The notes under the pieces were generated by a model. The model did not search any database. It was not told the DNA's origin and saw nothing but the letters and a program-made list of their open reading frames with translations. A DNA stretch of 60,570 nt, filler included. It is 6 parts of 6 records of this genome, joined end to end, with 100 filler letters (N's around TTAATTAATTAA, not from the genome) between each part and the next. Parts side by side here need not be neighbours in the genome. Positions count along the whole stretch, not along the records: positions 51,406 to 60,570 come from DRR723986_13567; 5 more parts are not named here. One strand, 5' to 3'. The translations under genes were made by a program, and so were the position numbers. Shown piece by piece: positions 51,406-60,570 of the stretch (within the stretch, counting starts at the first letter, position 1; each line of letters opens with the position of its first letter).

Positions 51406-52230
51406 TATATCATCATCGGTCTTGTCCTTGGCATAGCGGTGTCGACCCTGTTCCTTGCGGCACTGATCCCCGGCATCCTGATCCTACTGTCGATCCTTGC
51501 GACCAACGTTGTCATGAACCGCCTCAACGCCTGGGAGGGCGGCGGAATCATGACGGCTGCGGAATGGCGTGCGAACCTGTGGCGGACGATCAAGTCCGGC
51601 TGGTACGCCTTTCTGGTGCCCGGCATCATCTTCTACGGCATCTTCTCGGGTCGCCTGACGCCGACCGAGGCCGGTGCCGTCGCAGTCGTTGTCACCATCG
51701 CAATGGGCTTTATCCTCGGGACGCTCAAGCTGTCCGACTTCCCCGCAATGCTGGTAAGCTCCGCCAAGGTGAACGGGGTCATCCTGCCCATTATCGCCTT
51801 CTCGATCCCGCTGGCAGAGGCGCTGGCGATCATCGGCGTACCGCAGGGGTTCGTCGGCGCGCTGACCTCGCTGTCTGACAATGAATACGTTCTGATTGGC
51901 ATGATGGTGCTGATCCTGATCGCAGCGGGCTGCGTCATGGAAACAACGCCCAATATCGTGATCCTGGCACCGATCCTGAAGCCGCTCGCTGACAATATCG
52001 GCATGAACGAGGTCCAGTTCTGCATCATGATGATCACCGCGCTTGGCGTCGGCTTCATCACCCCGCCGCTTGGCCTCAACCTCTTCGTGGTGTCAGGCAT
52101 CACGGGCGAGTCGATCCTCAGAATTGCGCATCGGGCCATCCCGTTCGTGTTCTTCATGCTGATCGTGACGCTGCTGATCGCATATGTCCCCGCGATCTCC
52201 ACTTCCCTTCTTCCCGAACTATACAGGTAA
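51406..52230 (+). CDS. hpsM: TRAP transporter large permease, probable DHPS transporter (5' truncated)
   Basis: TPTEAGA, GCVMET and GFITPPLGLNLFV DctM motifs, directly upstream of hpsN. Confidence 0.75.
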   Translation, partial: YIIIGLVLGIAVSTLFLAALIPGILILLSILATNVVMNRLNAWEGGGIMTAAEWRANLWRTIKSGWYAFLVPGIIFYGIFSGRLTPTEAGAVAVVVTIAMGFILGTLKLSDFPAMLVSSAKVNGVILPIIAFSIPLAEALAIIGVPQGFVGALTSLSDNEYVLIGMMVLILIAAGCVMETTPNIVILAPILKPLADNIGMNEVQFCIMMITALGVGFITPPLGLNLFVVSGITGESILRIAHRAIPFVFFMLIVTLLIAYVPAISTSLLPELYR

Positions 52231-52235
52231 TCGAA

Positions 52236-53543
52236 ATGCCGAGAGAGTATCTCAAGAAAGCCACCCTGACCTCGAAGAGCGATGCCTCGGAGACGCACAA
52301 GATCGTGCAGGGAATTCTCGACGATATTGAGCAGGGCGGGGACGCCAAGGCGTTGGAGTATGCGGCCAAGTTCGACAAGTATGAGGGCAGCATCATCCTG
52401 TCGGCCGAAGAAATCGAAGCGGCCTGTGCGCTGGTGCCCGAGAAGCTGAAGGCTGATATCCGCTTTTCCCATGACAATGTGAAGCGGTTTGCCGAAAAGC
52501 AGAAAGCCACCGTCGCCAATATCGAGTACGAGGTGGTGCCGGGGCTGATCGCGGGGCAAAAGGCGATCCCCGTGGATGCGGCGGGCTGCTATGTACCCGG
52601 CGGGCGTTATAGCCACGTGGCCAGCGCAATCATGACCGTGACCACCGCCAAGGTTGCGGGCTGTCGCCACATTACCGCCTGCTCGCCTCCACATCCCGGC
52701 GTCGGCGTTGCCCCTGCGATCATCTACGCGGCCCATATCTGCGGCGCGGACAAGATCCTGGCCATGGGGGGCGTGCAGGGCGTTGCGGCGATGACTTTTG
52801 GTCTCTTCGGTCTGCCCAAGGCCAATATCCTTGTGGGCCCCGGCAACCAGTTCGTGGCCGAGGCCAAGCGCATCCTGTTCGGTCGCGTCGGCATCGACAT
52901 GATCGCGGGCCCGACCGACAGCCTGATCCTGGCCGATGCAACCGCTGACCCGCTGGTGGTGGCGACCGATCTGGTGGGGCAGGCCGAGCATGGCTACAAC
53001 TCTCCGGTCTGGCTGGTGACGGATACACGCGCCATCGCGGAAGAGGTCATGCGCCTTGTGCCCGACCTGATCAACGATCTGCCCGAGGTGAACCGCGAAA
53101 ACGCCACCGCCGCATGGCGCGACTATGCCGAGGTGATCCTGTGCGCGGACCGCGAAGAAATGGCCGCCTGTTCCGACGATTATGCGCCCGAGCACCTGAC
53201 GGTGCAGGCCGAGGATCTGGATTGGTGGCTCGACCGGCTGACCTGCTATGGTTCGCTTTTCCTCGGCGAGGAAACCACCGTGGCGTTCGGAGACAAGGCG
53301 TCCGGCACCAACCATGTTCTGCCCACCTCTGGGGCTGCGAACTACACCGGCGGGCTGTCTGTTCATAAATACATGAAGATCGTGACCTGGCAGCGCGCCA
53401 CCCGTGAGGGCGCCAAGCCGGTGGCCGAAGCCACAGCGCGGATTGCCCGGCTGGAGGGGATGGAGGGCCACGCCCGCACCGCCGACATCCGGTTGCAGAA
53501 ATACTTCCCCGACGAGGTCTTCGACCTCAGTGCCGAGGGCTGA
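52236..53543 (+). CDS. hpsN: sulfopropanediol (DHPS) 3-dehydrogenase, HisD paralogue
   Basis: GCYVPGGRY, GPGNQFVAEAKR, GQAEHG and GDKASGTNHVLPT motifs, with hps/suy context. Confidence 0.9.
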   Translation: MPREYLKKATLTSKSDASETHKIVQGILDDIEQGGDAKALEYAAKFDKYEGSIILSAEEIEAACALVPEKLKADIRFSHDNVKRFAEKQKATVANIEYEVVPGLIAGQKAIPVDAAGCYVPGGRYSHVASAIMTVTTAKVAGCRHITACSPPHPGVGVAPAIIYAAHICGADKILAMGGVQGVAAMTFGLFGLPKANILVGPGNQFVAEAKRILFGRVGIDMIAGPTDSLILADATADPLVVATDLVGQAEHGYNSPVWLVTDTRAIAEEVMRLVPDLINDLPEVNRENATAAWRDYAEVILCADREEMAACSDDYAPEHLTVQAEDLDWWLDRLTCYGSLFLGEETTVAFGDKASGTNHVLPTSGAANYTGGLSVHKYMKIVTWQRATREGAKPVAEATARIARLEGMEGHARTADIRLQKYFPDEVFDLSAEG

Positions 53544-53544
53544 C

Positions 53545-54306
53545 ATGGACCATCCATCCGGCCTCTTTGATCTGACCGGCCACGTGGCCTGCGTCACCGG
53601 GGCCAGTTCCGGGCTCGGGCGTCGGGCGGCGTCGGTGTTGGCAGCGGCAGGGGCAGAGGTCGTGGGTGTTGCCCGCCGGGCCGAGGCACTGGCCGATTGG
53701 CAGGCCGAGGTTGGCGAGCGGGCTGCAGTTGTGGCCTGCGATCTTGCCGACCGTTCCGCGCGGGAAGGGCTGGCAGAGCGTCTGTCCGCTCCGTTCGGTT
53801 CACCCGATATTCTGGTGACGGCGGCAGGGATCAACACCCGCGAACCCGCCGACGCGGTAACGGAAGCGGGATGGGACGTCACGTTAGAGCTGAACCTGTC
53901 TGTTCCCTTCTTCCTTGCGCAGATGCTTGCGCCGGGGATGACGGAAAAGGGATGGGGGCGGATCGTCAACTTCGCCTCGTTGCAATCGACGCGCGCCTTT
54001 CCCGGCGGCATCGCTTACGGCGCCAGCAAGGGCGGCATCGCGCAGCTGACGCGCGCCATGGCCGAAGCGTGGTCGCCCCATGGCATCACGGCAAACGCCA
54101 TCGGGCCGGGGTTTTTCCCGACCGAGCTGACCGGGGCAGTCTTCAGCGACCCGGAACGTGCCGCCCGCAACGCGGCGCAGACCTGCATTGGCCGCAACGG
54201 CGACTTGTCCGATATCGACGGGCCGCTGCTGTTCCTGGCCTCGAACGCCTCGTCCTACGTGACCGGGCAGATCCTGATGGTGGACGGGGGGTTCACGGCG
54301 AAATGA
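53545..54306 (+). CDS. hpsO: SDR dehydrogenase (DHPS 2-dehydrogenase)
   Basis: TGASSGLG and YGASKGG, position after hpsN. Confidence 0.82.
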   Translation: MDHPSGLFDLTGHVACVTGASSGLGRRAASVLAAAGAEVVGVARRAEALADWQAEVGERAAVVACDLADRSAREGLAERLSAPFGSPDILVTAAGINTREPADAVTEAGWDVTLELNLSVPFFLAQMLAPGMTEKGWGRIVNFASLQSTRAFPGGIAYGASKGGIAQLTRAMAEAWSPHGITANAIGPGFFPTELTGAVFSDPERAARNAAQTCIGRNGDLSDIDGPLLFLASNASSYVTGQILMVDGGFTAK

Positions 54307-55292
54307 AAGCACTTGTCTATACCGGCCCCGAGGCCCTGATGGTCACCGATTGCCCCGATCCGGCCCCGGGTGCGGGCGAGGTTCTGATCCGCGTCGACAG
54401 CGTCGGCATTTGCGGGTCGGACATGCACGCTTTCCTTGGCCATGACGAGCGCCGCCCCGCGCCGCTGATCCTCGGCCACGAGGCGGCGGGCGTGATCATT
54501 GGCGGCCCGCGCGATGGTGAGCGCGTGACGATCAATCCGCTGGTCACCTGCGGCACCTGCAAGGCCTGCACCACAGGGCGGGAAAACCTCTGCGCCAGCC
54601 GCCAGATCATCTCCATGCCGCCGCGTGAAGGGGCGTTTGCTCAGCTTGTGGCGATGCCCGAAAGCAACCTCGTGACGGTGCCGGATCATGTGACGCTGGA
54701 TCAGGCGTCGCTGGCGGAACCCACTGCCTGCGGCTGGCACACGGTTCGGCTGGTGGTCGATGTGCTGCGGGACGACCCGCTAGAGGATCTGACGGCCCTT
54801 GTCATTGGTGGCGGCCCCATCGGGGTGGGCGCGGCGCTGAGCCTGACCGCTCAGGGCGTCACCAAGGTGCAGGTGATCGAACCCAACCCGATCCGCGCTG
54901 AATACCTGAAGAAACGCGGCTTCGATGTGATCGCACCCGATGATCTGGCCTCCGATCACATGGTCGATCTGGTGATCGACGGGGTGGGCTACCCCGCCAC
55001 GCGGGCTACCGCGTCTGCCCATACCCGCCCTGGCGGCGTTATTGGTCATATCGGTCTTGGGGCGTCTGAAGGCGGGCTCGATATCCGCCGGATGACCCTG
55101 CAAGAGATCACCTTCATCGGCACCTATACCTATACCGCGCAGGATTTCCGCGACACCTGCGCGGCCATGTTCTCCGGCGCGCTTGGGCCCCTGGATTGGA
55201 CCGAAACGCGCCACCTGTCGGAAGGCCAGCAGGCCTTTGCCGATATCCGGGGCGGCAGCGTTCCTGCCCCCAAAATCATTCTCAAACCCTGA
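54303..55292 (+). CDS. hpsP: Zn-dependent dehydrogenase (DHPS 2-dehydrogenase)
   Basis: GICGSD, LGHE and C..C..C.......C motifs, ATGA overlap with hpsO. Confidence 0.82.
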   Translation: MKALVYTGPEALMVTDCPDPAPGAGEVLIRVDSVGICGSDMHAFLGHDERRPAPLILGHEAAGVIIGGPRDGERVTINPLVTCGTCKACTTGRENLCASRQIISMPPREGAFAQLVAMPESNLVTVPDHVTLDQASLAEPTACGWHTVRLVVDVLRDDPLEDLTALVIGGGPIGVGAALSLTAQGVTKVQVIEPNPIRAEYLKKRGFDVIAPDDLASDHMVDLVIDGVGYPATRATASAHTRPGGVIGHIGLGASEGGLDIRRMTLQEITFIGTYTYTAQDFRDTCAAMFSGALGPLDWTETRHLSEGQQAFADIRGGSVPAPKIILKP

Positions 55293-55310
55293 CACGAGGA
55301 AAGAAGACCA

Positions 55311-55601
55311 ATGTCAAACATCCCGCATCTTCTGGTGCATGATCACGAAGACAATGTCGGCGTGGTTGTGGTTGAAGGGCTCACCGCAGGCACCGAGATG
55401 TTCTGCTGCGTGACCCATGACAACTCCACCTTCACCCTGACCTCCGGGGCCGATGTGCCGATCGGGCACAAGATCGCGCTGAAGGATCTGAAGGCTGGCG
55501 ACACCGCGATCAAATACGGTGAGGACATCGGCAAGATCATCGCCGACATCCCCAAGGGCGCCCACGTCCACACCCACAACTGCAAAACGAAGCGCTGGTA
55601 A
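55311..55601 (+). CDS. suyA: sulfolactate sulfo-lyase alpha subunit (SAF domain)
   Basis: DNVGV, PIGHKIAL, IKYG and HVHTHN motifs, UxaA N-terminal-like. Confidence 0.87.
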   Translation: MSNIPHLLVHDHEDNVGVVVVEGLTAGTEMFCCVTHDNSTFTLTSGADVPIGHKIALKDLKAGDTAIKYGEDIGKIIADIPKGAHVHTHNCKTKRW

Positions 55602-55613
55602 GGAGCCAAGGAC

Positions 55614-56795
55614 ATGGCATCGAAGTATTCCAACATCACCTTCCAGGGCTTCCGGCGCGACAATGGCCGGGTCGGCGTGCGCAATCACGTCGTGATCCTG
55701 CCCGTGGATGACATCTCCAACGCAGCGGTCGAGGCCGTGGCAAACAACGTCAAAGGCACGATGGCAATCCCGCACGCCTATGGCCGCCTGCAATTCGGTG
55801 AAGATCTGGACGTGCATTTCCGCACCATGATCGGCACCGGCGCCAACCCCAATGTGGCCGCCGTGGTCGTGATCGGGATCGAACCGGAATGGACCAAGAT
55901 CATCGTTGACGGCATCGCCGCAACCGGCAAGCCCGTCACCGGCTTTTCCATCGAACAGAACGGCGATTTCGAAACCATCCGCGCGGCGTCGTGGAAGGCC
56001 AAGGAATACGTCCACTACGCGACGGAACTTCAGCGCGAGGAATGCTCGATCTCCGAACTTTGGGTCTCCACCAAATGCGGCGAGAGCGACACCACCACCG
56101 GTCTGGGATCCTGCCCGACCGTTGGCAACATGTATGACAAGCTGCTGCCAGAAGGCATCACCGGCTTCTTCGGAGAGACCTCCGAGATCACGGGCGCGGA
56201 GCATATCTGCCAGAAACGCGCCATCAACGAAGAGGTTGGCGAACGTTGGTACAAGATGTGGAAGGCCTATCAGGACGACGTTATCTTTGCCCACCAGACC
56301 GATGACCTCTCTGACAGCCAGCCCACCAAGGGCAACATCCTTGGCGGCCTGACCACGATCGAGGAAAAGGCGCTAGGCAACCTCGAAAAGATCGGTCGCA
56401 CGTCGCAATATATCGACATCCTCGACCCGGCCGAACAGCCCGCGTCGGGCAATGGGCTCTACTTCATGGACAGTTCCTCGGCCGCGGCCGAATGCGTGAC
56501 CCTGATGGCTGCCGGTGGTGCCGTGATCCACACCTTCCCCACCGGGCAAGGCAACGTGGTCGGCAACCCGATCGTCCCCGTGATCAAGATCACCGCGAAC
56601 CCGCGCACCGTGCGTACCATGGGCGAGCATATCGACGTGGACGTGTCGGGCATCCTGCGTCGGGACCAGACCATTGACGAGGCAGGCGACGCGCTGATCG
56701 AGATGATCCGGCGCACTGCCAATGGCCGTAACACAGCCGCAGAAGCGCTCGGCCATCGGGAGTTTTCGATGACCAAGCTGTATCGCAGCGCATAA
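55614..56795 (+). CDS. suyB: sulfolactate sulfo-lyase beta subunit
   Basis: [29 protein letters not shown] and [13 protein letters not shown] motifs. Confidence 0.9.
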   Translation: MASKYSNITFQGFRRDNGRVGVRNHVVILPVDDISNAAVEAVANNVKGTMAIPHAYGRLQFGEDLDVHFRTMIGTGANPNVAAVVVIGIEPEWTKIIVDGIAATGKPVTGFSIEQNGDFETIRAASWKAKEYVHYATELQREECSISELWVSTKCGESDTTTGLGSCPTVGNMYDKLLPEGITGFFGETSEITGAEHICQKRAINEEVGERWYKMWKAYQDDVIFAHQTDDLSDSQPTKGNILGGLTTIEEKALGNLEKIGRTSQYIDILDPAEQPASGNGLYFMDSSSAAAECVTLMAAGGAVIHTFPTGQGNVVGNPIVPVIKITANPRTVRTMGEHIDVDVSGILRRDQTIDEAGDALIEMIRRTANGRNTAAEALGHREFSMTKLYRSA

Positions 56796-56850
56796 GCGCA
56801 TCTGTTTTTCGGGCGGCGGATCCTCCTGCCGCCCGGAAGAGCAACCGGAT

Positions 56851-57873
56851 ATGACCATGACCCAAACCCGACGTATCGGCCTTGCCGATGCGACAGACCT
56901 TTTATTACGTGCTTTCCGTGCCTGCGGCCTGTCCGAGGACGCGGCCCGGTCCGTTGCCACGGCGCTTGTTGCCGCCGAGGCGGAAGGGCAGGTGGGGCAC
57001 GGGTTTTCACGGCTGGCCGATTATGCGGCGCAGGCCAGGTCGGGAAAGGTCAATCCGAATGCCACCCCACGCAGCTGGAACATGTCTGCAACGCAACTGG
57101 CGGTGGACGCCGATCACGGCTTTGCCTTTCCGGCCCTCGATCTGGCCCTGGATCGCGGGTTGGACATGGCGGATGATTTCGGCATGGCCTCGATGGCGAT
57201 CACCCGGTCCCATCACGCGGGCGCATTGTCCTTGCAGGTGGACCGGATCGCGCGGGCGGGGTTCATCGGACTGATGACAGCGAACACGCCAAAGGCCATT
57301 GCCCCATGGGGCGGGGCCGCGCCGGTCTATGGCACCAACCCGATTGCCTTCGCCGCCCCGCGTGAAAATTCCGATCCGCTGGTCATCGACCTGTCGCTGT
57401 CACAAGTGGCGCGCGGCAAGGTCATGCATGCGAAGAAATCCGGCCAGCCGATCCCGGAAGGGTGGGCGCTGGACGCGTCAGGCCAGCCCACAACAGACCC
57501 CGACGCCGCGCTGAACGGATCCATGCTGCCGATTGGCGGGGCCAAGGGCACGGCATTGGCGCTGATCGTGGAGATTCTGTCCGCCGTTCTGACAAGCGCC
57601 CGGTTCAGCGCCGAGGCGTCTTCCTTCTTTGCCGCAGACGGATCACCGCCCGGTGTCGGGCAGTTCCTGCTGGCCATCAAACCCGCCGCGCCGCAGGGCG
57701 ATTTCGCGGACAGGCTGCAAGAGCTTCTGAGCCTGATCACCGCACAGGAAGGCACCCGCCTGCCGGGGGATCGGCGGCTCAAACACCTGCAAGACGCGAC
57801 GGCCAACGGCATTGCCGTTCCCGATCACTATCTGGCGCTGGCAGAAGACCTGGCCAACAGCCTCCCGGCTTAG
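56851..57873 (+). CDS. Ldh_2 family oxidoreductase, probable (2R)-3-sulfolactate dehydrogenase (ComC-like)
   Basis: GHGFSRL, SHHAGAL, GTNPIAFA and GGAKG motifs, with sulfolactate context. Confidence 0.75.
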   Translation: MTMTQTRRIGLADATDLLLRAFRACGLSEDAARSVATALVAAEAEGQVGHGFSRLADYAAQARSGKVNPNATPRSWNMSATQLAVDADHGFAFPALDLALDRGLDMADDFGMASMAITRSHHAGALSLQVDRIARAGFIGLMTANTPKAIAPWGGAAPVYGTNPIAFAAPRENSDPLVIDLSLSQVARGKVMHAKKSGQPIPEGWALDASGQPTTDPDAALNGSMLPIGGAKGTALALIVEILSAVLTSARFSAEASSFFAADGSPPGVGQFLLAIKPAAPQGDFADRLQELLSLITAQEGTRLPGDRRLKHLQDATANGIAVPDHYLALAEDLANSLPA

Positions 57874-57904
57874 GCCGGGGAACCGCAAGAAAAGGAGACG
57901 ATCC

Positions 57905-58309
57905 ATGTACAAGAAGATCATCGTGTCATTGGCGCTCGATCAGGGGTTCGGCCCCCGCGCGCTGGAACTGGCCCGCAAGCTGAAGGAGGACGGCGGCGAG
58001 ATCGTCGCACTGCACGTTTTTGAACCGCTGCACGGATCGGTCAGCGCCTATGTGTCTGACGATGCCGTCAAGCAGGCCATGGACAAGGTGCGCGCCGGAC
58101 TGGCCGAGCGGATCGGGGACGCCGCAGACGTTACGCCCGTGATCATAAAGGGCCATTCCGGTCGGTCGGTCACGGATTATGCGCAAAAAGAGGGCGCTGA
58201 CCTGATCATCGTCGGATCGCACAAGCCCGGCATCGGGGATTACCTGCTTGGCTCCACCTCTGCGCGCATCGTCCGGCACGCGCCATGCGCGGTGCATGTT
58301 CTGCGTTGA
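57905..58309 (+). CDS. universal stress protein
   Basis: MYKKIIV...DLIIVGSH...LLGSTSARIVRHAPCAVHV. AAGGAG RBS. Confidence 0.93.
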   Translation: MYKKIIVSLALDQGFGPRALELARKLKEDGGEIVALHVFEPLHGSVSAYVSDDAVKQAMDKVRAGLAERIGDAADVTPVIIKGHSGRSVTDYAQKEGADLIIVGSHKPGIGDYLLGSTSARIVRHAPCAVHVLR

Positions 58310-59269
58310 TCAGGGGGTCACGACGACCTTACCGGTCGATTTGCGCGATTTGAGCAGCGCCATCGCGTCTGCGGTCTGATCCAGCGGGTATGTCGCCCCG
58401 ATATGGGGCTTCAGCCCGCCCGCCTCGTACATCGCGAACAGTTCCGCCAGGCTGGCGGTCAGGATCTCGGGGGCGAAGGCCATGTAGCCGCCCCAGTACA
58501 GCCCGATCACGTCGAGGTTCTTGACCAGCAGGATATTCGCCGGGATCTGGGGCACCTCACCGCTGGCAAATCCGATGGGAATAAGCCGCCCGCCGGGGTT
58601 GGTCGCGCGAAGGGCTGCCTTGAACTGATCGCCCCCGACGGCGTCATAGACCACATCCGCGCCGCCAAGCGCCTTTACTTCGGCGCGGATATCCTGGGTT
58701 TCGCTGTCGATCAGATGCGAGGCCCCTGCGGCGCGGGCGACCTCCAGCTTCGCCGCACCGCGCGCGCAGGCGATGACCTCTGCCCCCATGCGCGCGCCGA
58801 TCTCGACCGCTGTCAGCCCGACACCGCCCGCCGCCCCAAGCACCAGCAGCCGCTCGCCCTTTTGCAACCGCGCCCGGTGGCCAAGCGCCAGATGCGACGT
58901 GCCATAAGCCACAAGGAACCCCGCCGCTTCCTTAAACGGCATTGCATCGGGGATCGGGATCATGCGGGTCACCGGAAAGCATCCCGCCTCGGCCAATCCG
59001 CCCTGACCCGCAAACACCGCGACGCGGGTTCCGGGGGCAGGGCCGTCAGTGTCGGGGCCAAGCGCCTCGACCGTGCCGGCGATTTCCATGCCCATGGTAA
59101 AGGGCGGCTCCGGCGTGTCCTGATAGCTGCCCTTCACCATCAGCAGATCTGCGAAGTTCAGCCCGCAGGCCGCGATCCGCACCAAGGCCTCGCCCTTGCG
59201 CGGGGTCGGTGTGTCGATCTCTGCCACCGTGGGTGCGGTGTCGAAACTGGTCAGTCGGAAGGCGCGCAT
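58310..59269 (-). CDS. NADPH:quinone oxidoreductase family protein
   Basis: GLNFADLL, GMEIAG, GAAGGVG and STGKVVV motifs. Confidence 0.9.
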   Translation of the reverse strand: MRAFRLTSFDTAPTVAEIDTPTPRKGEALVRIAACGLNFADLLMVKGSYQDTPEPPFTMGMEIAGTVEALGPDTDGPAPGTRVAVFAGQGGLAEAGCFPVTRMIPIPDAMPFKEAAGFLVAYGTSHLALGHRARLQKGERLLVLGAAGGVGLTAVEIGARMGAEVIACARGAAKLEVARAAGASHLIDSETQDIRAEVKALGGADVVYDAVGGDQFKAALRATNPGGRLIPIGFASGEVPQIPANILLVKNLDVIGLYWGGYMAFAPEILTASLAELFAMYEAGGLKPHIGATYPLDQTADAMALLKSRKSTGKVVVTP

Positions 59270-59480
59270 ATCGGGATCCCCTTGGCGAATTTCCGGCGCA
59301 GGCTAGCGCGCGGGCGGCTGGATGCAACCGGGACAATGCGTCCTAATGCTTTCTGCCCCGAGGGATTTTATTGTGCGTGACAAGTATCTCGTGTGGCGTG
59401 ACTTCGCTTCCCGCCACCCTAGATAGGACTACACCCGTGTGACCGCAGGCCAGGTATTGCCCTTGCGACAGGAGACAGAC

Positions 59481-59846
59481 ATGAAACACCCGGTAGATAT
59501 CCACGTCGGTAAACGTGTGCGCCATCGTCGCTGGATGGTGGGGATGACGCAGCAGCAGCTGGCCGAACGGGTTGGCATCAAGTTCCAGCAGATCCAGAAA
59601 TACGAGACCGGCATGAACCGCGTCAGCGCCTCTCGTATGTGGGAGATTGCCGCCGCGCTGGAGGTGCCGGTCAGCTTCTTCTTCGAAGGCCTGGAAGGCG
59701 GGGTAGAGGCCGGAACCGCCCTGCCGGGCGATGTTCTGGCCGACAAGGAAGCGCAGGAACTGGTCCGCTCCTACTACGCAATCCCGGAGAACCAGCGCCG
59801 CCAGCTGTTCGAACTGGCCCGCGTGCTGTCCGGCGCTGCCGCCTGA
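59481..59846 (+). CDS. XRE-family HTH regulator
   Basis: HPVDIHVGKRVR...FQQIQKYETGMNRVSASR. AGGAG RBS. Confidence 0.92.
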   Translation: MKHPVDIHVGKRVRHRRWMVGMTQQQLAERVGIKFQQIQKYETGMNRVSASRMWEIAAALEVPVSFFFEGLEGGVEAGTALPGDVLADKEAQELVRSYYAIPENQRRQLFELARVLSGAAA

Positions 59847-59921
59847 GCCGTGGCTTGACTTGACGGGGCGCCCCCGCCCATGCCAACCGGGGCGGGATAT
59901 TTCCGAAAGACAGGCCCGCCC

Positions 59922-60570
59922 ATGTTGACCCGTTCCACGATTTCTCCGGACCTCGCCGCCGAGTTGCTGGCCACGGGCCGCGCCCTTGCCGATGCCGCCC
60001 GCGCCGCCACCCTGCCGCATTTCCGGGCTGCGGGACTGGCTGCCGAGAACAAGCTGGACGGTGGGTTCGATCCCGTCACGATTGCCGACCGCAACGCCGA
60101 AACCGCCATGCGCGCGGTGCTGGCGGACCGTCGGCCAGAGGATGCAATTCTGGGCGAGGAACATGGCGTGACCGAGGGGCAAAGCGGCCTGACCTGGGTG
60201 CTGGACCCGATCGACGGCACGCGCGGGTTCATTTCTGGCACGCCCACCTGGGGGGTGCTGATCGGGTTGCAGGACGCTGCGGGGCCCTTTTACGGCATCA
60301 TCGACCAGCCCTATATCGGCGAACGCTTCGAAGGCGGCTTGGGACAGGCGGCTGTGACCGGTCCGCATGGAACCGCCCCGCTCGGGGTGCGACCCTCGGG
60401 TTCGCTGGAGCAGGCGACGCTGTTTACCACGTTTCCAGAGGTCGGGACCGAAGCGGAACGGCGTGCATTTGAGCGCGTGCGCGACCGGGTGCGGCTGACC
60501 CGATATGGCATGGATTGCTACGCCTATGCGCTGTTGGCGGCCGGGCAGGTGGATCTGGTGATCGAGGCGG
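59922..60570 (+). CDS. hisN: histidinol-phosphatase / inositol monophosphatase family (3' truncated)
   Basis: Manual translation gives FDPVTIADRNAE, ILGEE, WVLDPIDGTRGF and DCYAY. Confidence 0.85.
   Translation, partial: MLTRSTISPDLAAELLATGRALADAARAATLPHFRAAGLAAENKLDGGFDPVTIADRNAETAMRAVLADRRPEDAILGEEHGVTEGQSGLTWVLDPIDGTRGFISGTPTWGVLIGLQDAAGPFYGIIDQPYIGERFEGGLGQAAVTGPHGTAPLGVRPSGSLEQATLFTTFPEVGTEAERRAFERVRDRVRLTRYGMDCYAYALLAAGQVDLVIEA

Noticed and set aside
51633-54011. 792-aa minus-strand ORF
   Set aside because: Antisense shadow of hpsM/hpsN/hpsO in GC-rich DNA with no recognisable motifs.
52236-60570. hisD-like plus hisN-like genes read as a histidine biosynthesis cluster
   Set aside because: The HisD-like protein sits in a TRAP/SDR/Zn-ADH/suyAB context diagnostic of HpsN, and hisN belongs to a separate neighbourhood.

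Overview
The window is not one locus. It is six unrelated contigs joined by identical 100-bp artificial spacers (44 N + TTAATTAATTAA + 44 N). (1) 1-13936, Roseobacter-group-like: maeB, cdd-deoA-deoB-upp, SPOR protein, SGNH hydrolase, acyl-CoA synthetase, two DMT transporters, HxlR regulator, partial fatty-acid oxidation multifunctional enzyme. (2) 14037-24156, probably an FCB-group bacterium (inferred from domain architectures): YfbK-like vWA protein, TPR regulator with two LuxR-type HTH domains, a solitary RebB-like (R-body) protein, a soluble TPR histidine kinase, and an alkaline phosphatase with non-canonical metal ligands. (3) 24257-32663, Marinobacter-like: laoABC/laoR-like long-chain alcohol oxidation cluster, a candidate sigmaE-dependent sRNA at the ErsA/Spot42 position, engB, cytochrome c4, dsbA, EEP protein, rpmG/rpmB. 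(4) 32764-40544, Rhodobacteraceae: frr-uppS-cdsA-dxr-rseP-(41-aa ORF)-bamA-skp. (5) 40645-51305, Roseibium/Labrenzia-like: serC-serA, DMT, MFS, purA, RgsA-like protein, TPP riboswitch controlling a thiamine-precursor ABC module with no ATPase. (6) 51406-60570, Rhodobacteraceae: DHPS catabolism cluster hpsM-hpsNOP-suyAB-comC-like-usp, quinone oxidoreductase, XRE regulator, hisN. The most interesting signals are the Reb-like gene between two TPR signalling genes, the unannotated sRNA, the His-poor alkaline phosphatase and the riboswitch-controlled mini-ORF. Taxonomy and family calls come from motif recognition only; no searches were run.
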